DNA of 64,000 nucleotides from Octopus bimaculoides (lineage: Eukaryota): assembly GCF_001194135.2 (NCBI RefSeq), contig NC_068993.1:5105271-5169270 (forward strand). The letters are read 5' to 3'. The stretch's first letter is position 1; the number at the start of each line of letters is the position of its first letter. A model generated the notes under the pieces. That model was not told the DNA's origin. It saw only the letters and a list, made by a program, of their open reading frames with translations, and ran no database searches. The translations under genes and the position numbers were made by a program. Below, piece after piece: positions 55,351 to 64,000 of the stretch.

Positions 55351-55487
55351 CCTGTATTGTAAGTTTGTAATGGATAAAAGCCTAGTATTCCTTATTTAGT
55401 ATTCAATACAAACAATTGCCTGGTTATCCTTTAAGACAAGCACTCAAACTTAAACAAGTCCGCTGGTGCAAGAACTCCAAGTACTAT

Positions 55488-55531
<44 letters not shown>

Positions 55532-55828
55532 TATATATATGTATGTGTGTATGTATATGTATCAGCTTTCTCTAATTTTGGCATCTGACATCAGTATTTT
55601 CAAACCTACTCATTTTGGCAGATTTTCTATGGCTGGATGTCCTTCCTGTTGCTAATCTTCACCAGTTCTATGCAAGGCAATCTTTCCCCGTGGTTGGCCA
55701 GACATGTTTCTCATGGAAGATCGGAAACAAACAACATCACTTGTATAATGGTGATGCTCAATTACAAATATTACATCATATCAAGACTAACAGACAGAAG
55801 CATGCACACACACAGACACACGTACGCA

Positions 55829-55875
<47 letters not shown>

Positions 55876-58076
55876 CAGTTTTCCTTCTTTCAGTTTCTGC
55901 GAATTAAATCCCCTCAGGGCTTTCGTAAAAGACACTTGCTGATAATGCTGTGTAATCGGACAGAACCTAAAACCATGTGACTGGGAAGTAAACTTCATAA
56001 CCACACTGCTGTGTGTGTGTGTGTGCGCGCATGCATGCACATGCACATGTGTTTGAGTGTGTGTACATGGTTCAATATAGATTTCTTTGCACATTATTCT
56101 GTTGAATTCATGGAATTTAATATAATTTTAATGACAAAATATTTTAACAACATAAATATATAACTCACTTTGGAGTATTTTACAGAGGAATTTGATCTGC
56201 TAAAATTTAAATTCCATCATTTGTAGTTTACAGTATTCTATTATGTGTTTTACAAGAATTGGAGTGTTGCTGTTTTTAGCACAATCAGACTCAATAGTGA
56301 GATTTACTTTACTTATAATTTCTTCATGGGTTGGCTTAGAATTAAAAAAAAAAATGCAGCATGTTTTGCAGAAGGAATAGTTTGAAATATTTTGAGAGTT
56401 GGCATCATGTGATAACAGAAACAAAATTACGAAGAACATATTTGCAAGGATTCTGTAGAATATTAACAATAGCATAACACACTGAGCTATCCACATTAAT
56501 ATAATTTTAATCCAATTTCATTATTTGGAAGTTTTATGTCATGCAATAGCAGAGTTGTATGAATAAATGTATGGTTTAGATGTTTCCTTTGAAGACTGTC
56601 GGTATATTTTCAGATCTATATATATTCTAACTATTATAATAGCAACAAATTAGAAATGAATATTTTTGTTTGCTATTTTATATCATTTTGAAATTTCCTC
56701 ACCGGAATTGGATTGGCAGATATTGCAAATGAAACCATTTGTACAAAGTTATTTCATAGCTAAATTCTATTATAAAATTGGAATAACTTTAAACAGTACG
56801 CCACTACTTCTCATGCTATCCATTTGTGGATTTGTTGATCATCAAATCAATTTTATTTAAACTTATTAAACCATTCAGCATTCCATGTTTTTATTATATT
56901 ATTCATTAACAAACCTTCTTTGATTCTAATTTTTTTTTTAAGTTTTAACTGCTATTTTTAACTAGTATTTAAGCAGTTTCATCTAAATTCATGTTCAATG
57001 AAATAACTTTGAAATGTTCAAGAACAGTGTTTAAAGTCACAGACAATTTAGTGTAATATGCTTTACGTATGAATCCTTCTATTTCTCTTGTTCCGTATAA
57101 ATTCTTTTCAATAAACCATAAAGTGAGGTTAAGATTAATTAATTAAATAATTAAGATTAATTGGTAATTAGATTGATTTACTAATTTTCCATGAAGAAAT
57201 TTCATTAGCAACTTCTTACAAATATTCTCTCATATATTCTTTCAGCTCTCTGCTAGTTCTATCAGTCGCTCCCTACCAATAAGAATCCTCACAACCAAAT
57301 ACGATTTATTGATGGTGTATCCCACAGTTATATCACAATCGATTTGATGCTAATTAATATATGTATTAGTACTTCTATTCTTAATGAGGTTAGGAATTTT
57401 TAAATTTAGAAATAAAATTGATTTACTACATTGGCTTAAAGCCTCAAATATATTTGTGGGCAGAGAGAAATGTGATTAGACGATGTTCATGCTGACATTG
57501 TGGACTTGTCATTCTGTCTCTTCATTTTTGCTGGTTCTGTATCAAAAGGGATGAATTGACAGAATCCTTATAGTATTGGTCAAAAAGGCTGTATTTGTTC
57601 CAGCTGTTTACATCCTAAGTTCAAATCCTATTGAAGCATATTTTCTCTTTCATCTTATGATGGATGATAAAACAAATTTGAACTCATAACGTAAAGATTG
57701 ACAAAAGGCCACAAAGCATTTCGCCCAGCATGCTAACAGTTCTGCCAGGTAACCACCTTATTTCATTTTATAATACTGAAAAATCGTTAAGGACTGAGGA
57801 TTAGAAGAATCGTTAATATAGGGAATAAAATGCCTTGCAGTATTTAGTATTACCCTTCTATTTTCTACATTTTAACCCCATCAAGGTCATCTTTGATTTT
57901 CACCCACCAGGGGTGAAAAAAATAAAGTACCAAACAAGCACTTGTGTCAATATAATCTACTATACCCCTCCTCCAAAATTTTTGTCACCTACCTATGTTA
58001 AAATTAATATTCAATGTTTCATCTGATATTTTTTACTGAAATATTTTAAATACAATTTATATAAAAGAACATTTTC

Positions 58077-58355
58077 TTTACATTATTTACATTATCTACA
58101 TTTGACGGATATTCGTCCTCATCTTGTTTGTTGTTAACACAACGTTTCGGCTGATATACCCTCCAGCCTTTGTCAGGTGTCTTGGGGAAATTTCGAACCT
58201 GGGTTCTCATTCCTATCGATGTTACTATTATTATTATTATTATATTATTATTATTATTAATCAGGCTGGAGGGTATATCAGCCGAAACGTTGTGTTAACA
58301 ACAAACAAGATGAGGACGAATATCCGTCAAATGTAGATAATGTAAATAATGTAAA
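58077..58355. repeat. Perfect 93-bp inverted repeat with 93-bp spacer (palindromic Penelope-terminus-like repeat)
   Basis: 58077-58169 is the exact reverse complement of 58263-58355, checked base by base. Confidence 0.95.
58136..58181 (-). ncRNA. Minimal type-I hammerhead ribozyme relic (core G8 changed to A)
   Basis: Minus strand: GACAC (stem I), CTGACAA (core, consensus CUGANGA), A, GGCTG-loop-CAGCC (stem II), GAAAC GTT (palindromic ACGT stem III, GUU site), GTGTT (stem I'). Confidence 0.65.
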
Positions 58356-59194
58356 TAATTCCTCATCTCTTAAATATAGAACTGCAACATTTTCTTTAAC
58401 CATCATCAAATTTTTTTTATACAATAATTTATTTTTTGAATTTGATTAAGTTAGGAATATATTTGCACTTAGTTTTGTTTATTTATATATTTTTCACTTC
58501 ACACCTACTCAAAATCCACTTCTCTGATCAAAGTGTCAGCTATTATATGATATAAATATCTTTCTTAGAGTTATGCCAACCTTAAATTGGTGAGGTCACA
58601 TTGCTAAAAGGTTTTTCATTGACATAATTCTTTCTAGCAAAACACTTTAGATCTACATTTCTGACATATATAAAACTTATGTCGTAGAATGTTTGATTCA
58701 ATAATCACAACCTATAATGATGACATTTGTCTGACAATGGTCTTTATAATTTACTATTATCTGTACTTCTCAAAGTTGTTTCTTATATCATCTACACTCA
58801 ACTGATAAAACTCAACTGACACAGACTAATTCTTGCTTCTCAAAAGAAATTTTAATTATCTTAATTCAGGAGAAGAACATACGTATTTTTGTGGTTGTCA
58901 TAAAGTAACAATACTTCTGAGAAACTTATATCTCTGTTGCCTGGTTCAGCAAAAGCACTGGGCTATTACCTATCTTTAGCAGAGTTTACTCTGTTGTAAT
59001 CATTCAAGCCACTCTTCCTCTTTCCCTCTTTTCCACCAGTCTTGGATGCCCAGAAAATAGTCAAAGGCAATGCCAGTCCATCATTGACTGAGTCGTTACA
59101 AACAATTGTAAATTCTAGTATTTCCTTATATTGCTAATCCTTTGCATAAACCCAAAGTTAATCTTAAGAAAATTTTAATTTAGCCTAGTGTCTT

Positions 59195-59410
59195 AGAGTG
59201 GTTAAGAAGTTTTCTTCCCAACCACATCATTGCAAGTTCAGTCCTACTGTGTAGCATCTTGGATAAGAATCTGTTACCATAACTTCAAATCTACCAAACT
59301 CTTGTGAATGGATTTGGTTTACAGAAACTGAAAGAAGCCCATGATATATATTTTCTTTTATCCTTTTATATGTTTCACCCCTAAGGCTGTGGCCATGCTG
59401 GAGCACTGCC
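59195..59410 (+). mobile_element. SINE family A, degenerate with internal deletion
   Basis: 5' half similar to other copies; the CCAGCATGGCCACAG motif appears inverted near 59385-59405. Confidence 0.55.
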
Positions 59411-60866
59411 AACATATGTGTGCATGTTTGTGCCTCCTTGTTTTGGCATTGTGGGATAGTTGTTAATGAGTGTCACTATCAGACAAGTTTTATTAGAAGT
59501 TCACTTCTAATATTCTGTAGAAACATGCCCAGGAAAATATTATTTTGTTTGGAAACTGATGAAGGTTGGCAACAAGAAAATTGACCTCAATAAATTCCAT
59601 CTCACCCATGCAAACATGGAAAAGTGGACGTTAAAACGATGGTGATGATGATGATGGTTCTGCATATCACTTAGTGTTTGTGAAATTTTAACTCACAATT
59701 TATATTATTATTACCAGCAAAAATGGCAATTCATTTGAACCTTAGTTTAAAGCAACTGGCAGAAAAAAAATTAGATCTAATATTACAGAATTCCTCTCCA
59801 AAGACTGAATATTTATACTCCCTTGGCCAAAGCTATGATTTACTAAAACGTGTTTTTTTTTTTGTTTCTTTTTATTTGTTGTTGTTGTTGTTTTGGAATT
59901 ACAACTGTAAAGTGGACAATGTTAGCGTTAGAATACATACACTTGTATACATGTGGACACATACACACAATGATTAGGAACAATATTTCAAATTGCTTCC
60001 GATATTTTTTTTATCCTTACTTAAAGAAAATGGCTATTTCTTTTGATCAATTGTGGTCCATAACTTTGATTATGGCATTATTTGGGTCCCTGTAAATCCG
60101 GTTCTGCAATAAATGGAAATGAATGATAAGATTTCTCATGACATCATGATATGGTATTCTATTTCCATGGTCTAATGCTGTTACCAATCTTTATACATTC
60201 ACATGCATTAATTTTTATGCTATTTATTTCTTTATTTGAAAAAGGAAATTTTTCTCAACTATTTTGGCTAGTTCTGAAGATATAAGACATTGCAGAACAA
60301 GCATTTAATCCATCATTCATGAGTTCTGTCTGTGATCTTGATCATGTTATCAGCAGAAAACACATTTTCTGTTTTCAAAATCTCTATGAACTGTGTATGG
60401 AATTTAGTAAATCCAGCTTCAAAGTTAGAAAACATTTTCTTCTCTTCAAAAATAATACAAAAAAAAATCAATTTTGCTAAGATTAACTTTGGTTTTATGG
60501 TGGAATATAGTACCTTACTCTGGAAGTTTAAATTTCTCAAAACTTTTCTTTCACTGATTTCAAAACTACGTCACTGATTTTCGTTTGTGCATTAAATTAA
60601 ATATATTTCTTTTTAAGTTTGTATAATTTGCATTGAGAAAGAGAGGAGAAAAGAATAAACGATTTTGATCTCATTAGACTTTAATAAGTAAATCGTCATC
60701 AAACATTCATCAAATGCCAAAACTGTGTAAAATGTTATACTCTCCCAAATAGATTTGACAATAACTTATTCTTGTCTAGAATTGGCTGTGGGGTAGTCAG
60801 CCTTGGCTATGTTCATTGGTTGATAAATTTTCAAGGCTAAGCAGTATGATTTATTCATTTGGCCTA

Positions 60867-60869
<3 letters not shown>

Positions 60870-60930
<61 letters not shown>

Positions 60931-61242
60931 GTTCCATTTTTGTAAATCTCAAACAGATTTTAATGATCATGGTAATTCAATTAGGGAATCGTCAACAAGT
61001 CAACAATGATCCCTTGCTGCTTCTTCTCCTGTGCCTTAATACAGACAAGACTTTTCTTAAAATCCTTGCTGTGCCAAGAAGTGTTTGTCTCCTGCATTCT
61101 CTGTAAACCTTGCACCAATTCCAATTTCATTTACACGGTTCTCAAGATTCTACAATATGCATCTCACTGCTCCAATCACCACTGAAATCCCTAAATCCGT
61201 CTTCATCCCCCACCACTTTCCAATCCCTTCCTTCAGTGACTC
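60870..61242 (-). mobile_element. 3' end of an R4/Dong-like RLE non-LTR retrotransposon ending in (TAA)n
   Basis: Minus strand reads ESLKEGIGKWWGMKTDLGISVVIGAVRCIL*NLENRVNEIGI, then after a frameshift TLLGTARILRKVL (61084-61046), matching the R4/Dong terminal QKTALLGTARILRKVL motif. A short 3' region is followed by (TAA)n at 60870-60930. Confidence 0.75.
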
Positions 61243-61254
61243 ATACCTCTTAGA

Positions 61255-61449
61255 ATCATTAACATGCCAGGCAAAATGCTTAGCAGCAGTTTGTCTGTCA
61301 TTACATTCTGAGTTCAAATTCTGCCGAGGTTGACTTTGCCTTTCATCCTTTCAAGGTCGATAAATTAAGTACCAGTGAAGCACAGAGGTCGATGTAATTG
61401 ACTAGTCCACTCCCATAAAATTTTAGGCCTTGTGCCTGTAATAGAAAAG
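61255..61449 (+). mobile_element. SINE family B, 5'-truncated, abutting the R4/Dong relic
   Basis: GCAAAATGCTTAGC...GTTCAAATTCTGCCGAGGTTGACTTTGCC. Confidence 0.8.
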
Positions 61450-62179
61450 ATTATTATTATTATTATTATTATTATTTTCATGTTTAATACAGTTACACGT
61501 TACATGTGCATGTAATAACAAAGGACTACAATTTAATAGGCAACAATAATTTCATATATGCTGCTGCTTTGATTAAATTCTGTAATTGTTGTCCAACATT
61601 ACAGACAATAACAAAGAACTCAATACTAGGAGAAGAGTATTATAAAAAAAAAGTAAAGTTGAAAACAGTTCAAAAGCAGACATATTGCTTACAGTTTCAT
61701 CTGTGAATCTCCAGAATTGCAATTTTGAGAGTTCAATAGATGAAACTGCAGTAAATTATAATTCTGAACTCTTTCAACTATATTCTATATTTATATTTGG
61801 TTACCTTCTCACCAACACATATTTTCTGAGCTATTCAAGTTAATGGTTTGTTTTCTGGTAGTTGCCTAATGCAATGTGGTGTGATGTTCTACATAAATTC
61901 TATGTTATGTGCACTGTTGCAGGTTTATTGTGTATATTGTATTGTTGATGGTTAATTATGTATGATGTATAATAACGTAAATGTCCTTAACTTATACCAA
62001 ATGCATCCTACTAAAAACCTCACCTTGTTTGTTGAATCATTGCCAATGAAGCCAGTTTATCTTTAATTCCTTTTATTTCAACTGTTTTTATTTTTCCACG
62101 CTTTCCTTTTTTTTTCTTTCTGTTTTTGATTCATTTTTCAACACACTCCACATTCTAGGTACGATATTTCTTGTTTCAG

Positions 62180-62270
62180 AAGGGGACGGGAACAATGACG
62201 CTTTGGCTTAACATGCTTTCAAAAGTACCCAACCATTTGTAAACCACTGTGTGCGCTGTCTATTTACTGC
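62180..62270 (+). other. Candidate non-coding or UTR exon
   Basis: Acceptor atttcttgtttcag, donor TGC/gtaagt; all three frames contain stops. Confidence 0.25.
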
Positions 62271-64000
62271 GTAAGTACATTCCATAGTGACTGTCCACCA
62301 TATCATTGGATTGCAACTAAATATTTGTTTCTCACCACCAAATAATAATTTATTTAGTGCATAAATGTCTCATGTTACTGCTTCACTCAGTAATTTTAAA
62401 TAATGCGCAGGTTTTTTTTAATATTATTTCTATTTTACAATAGATTAACTTTTTAATCTGCAAACAATAGATTTAATGAAAACAGTTCAAAACATAACAC
62501 TTCTTTCTTCCTTTCTTTGTACACAGCCAGTAAAACTATGCTTTGCTTCCTGTTCAAAGCATAGAAAATGAAATACTGGAATGTATATCTACTGAATTTA
62601 TTTCGGAGTTAAAAATCTAATCTTAAGATTAATGCATAATATATTTATATCTATATTCTCTATTTAATTTGTCATCTTCTATTCAGGTTAGCAATATTTT
62701 AAACAGAGGCATACATTTAGCTCTGTTGATACATAATGTAGTAGTATATACTATTATATAACGATTGTTATACTCAAGTAACTCTTATAAAATTTGCTTT
62801 CATATAGAATATTTATACAGGGAAATCTTTTGTTCAATTATTGAAATAGTTGTAAAAGATGTTCTCCAAAAATATTTGAATAGAAGATATATTAACCAAT
62901 GAAAACATCATCTAAATACACAACGGTGATACAAGCCTGTTTTTCTGAAAGCTTATTGAGATTTAGGTTCTAGTGAAAATTATCAGATTACATATTGAAC
63001 CATTAGTCTTGTGGGATTCTATAAACTCTTCTTTAAAACATTATTGAATGGGTTTTATCTCATAATAGAAGTAAATATTTATTTGCTTTTTCATATGTTT
63101 ATGATTACTCCTCCAGGTAATCCCATTTGATCTCTGCTGAGGATTTAACACACCAACTGGTGTTGATGCTAGTTGTTGTTGCTGATGAAACAAATTAATT
63201 GAGTTGGGTTTTTTTTGCTGGTTCAACCATTCTTTTGAATTATCGATAAATCCTCCTCATGCTTCTTTGCTATAAAGGGTTAGTTTTCTATTTTAAAAAA
63301 AAAAACCTAATTTATTTATGATTAGAGAAAGCTGACTATATTGTAAAATTTGTGTAACACATTTCTTTTCTTTTTTTTTACCTATCCAATTAATTTAGTA
63401 GATATTCCAACTAAATTTATGAATCAGTTGTATTCCCAAGTCAAATATTTATTTATCTATTTATCTATATATAAAATCATCATCATTATAACAATCATTA
63501 TCATCATCATCATCATTATCATTATTATTATTGTTGTTATTATTATTACAAAAATTATCATTCTTAATATTATTAGTACTACCACACACAAATGCATATT
63601 AGTTACATGATTGTGATTATAAACTTGACATCGATTCACAATGAGGTCATATTTGGACAAGTTACATCAGCCATTTACTTCAGCATAATTAGCTTGCTTA
63701 GATAGCCTTAAATAGGTTTCAACTAGTAGAGATGCAAGCTACAGCTAACTAAATAGTACCACATAGTAATACTTTATGACGTATTAGTTACTAGACGATT
63801 CCGTAGTATTAAAAGATCATTGAATCTGCTTAAAAAGCAAAATGGTAAACCGCTGGGGTTGATAAATGTATAAAAGATGAGAAACTAATGCGATTGATTC
63901 TCAACAAAGAAATACTAGCTTAGCAATAGCATTTAATTTATATGATGTTTTCCAATATATCAGTCATGCCAGAGAACCAAATATCACCAAAACCAGTTTA

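Overview
AT-rich, gapped animal scaffold. It is packed with compound di-, tri- and tetranucleotide microsatellites and several SINE-like families. The repeat content matches what I recall from coleoid cephalopod (Octopus-type) assemblies; the species is an inference. I recognise no host protein-coding gene. Nearly all long ORFs in the track are microsatellite or N-run artefacts, so the window reads as a large intron or intergenic DNA with a few unconfirmed exon-like segments. Recognisable mobile elements: a decayed Penelope-like RT (47349-48700), a 5'-truncated HERO-like retrotransposon with an exact 18-bp TSD (16511-17046), an R4/Dong-like 3' end ending in a (TAA)n tract (60870-61242), RTE and CR1/L2 scraps, and two copies of a mariner-derived MITE. 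Most unusual structures: (1) an 8-unit, 31-bp-period array at 3051-3300 with a conserved 15-nt core (reverse complement CAGGTAAATATCATT, both a near-perfect U1-complementary splice donor and a Forkhead motif) and variable spacers; (2) a perfect 93-bp inverted repeat at 58077-58355 overlapping a minimal type-I hammerhead ribozyme relic; (3) a 125-nt hairpin at 589-713. No database searches or folding programs were run. Family assignments rest on motifs recognised by eye, and many repeat boundaries are approximate.
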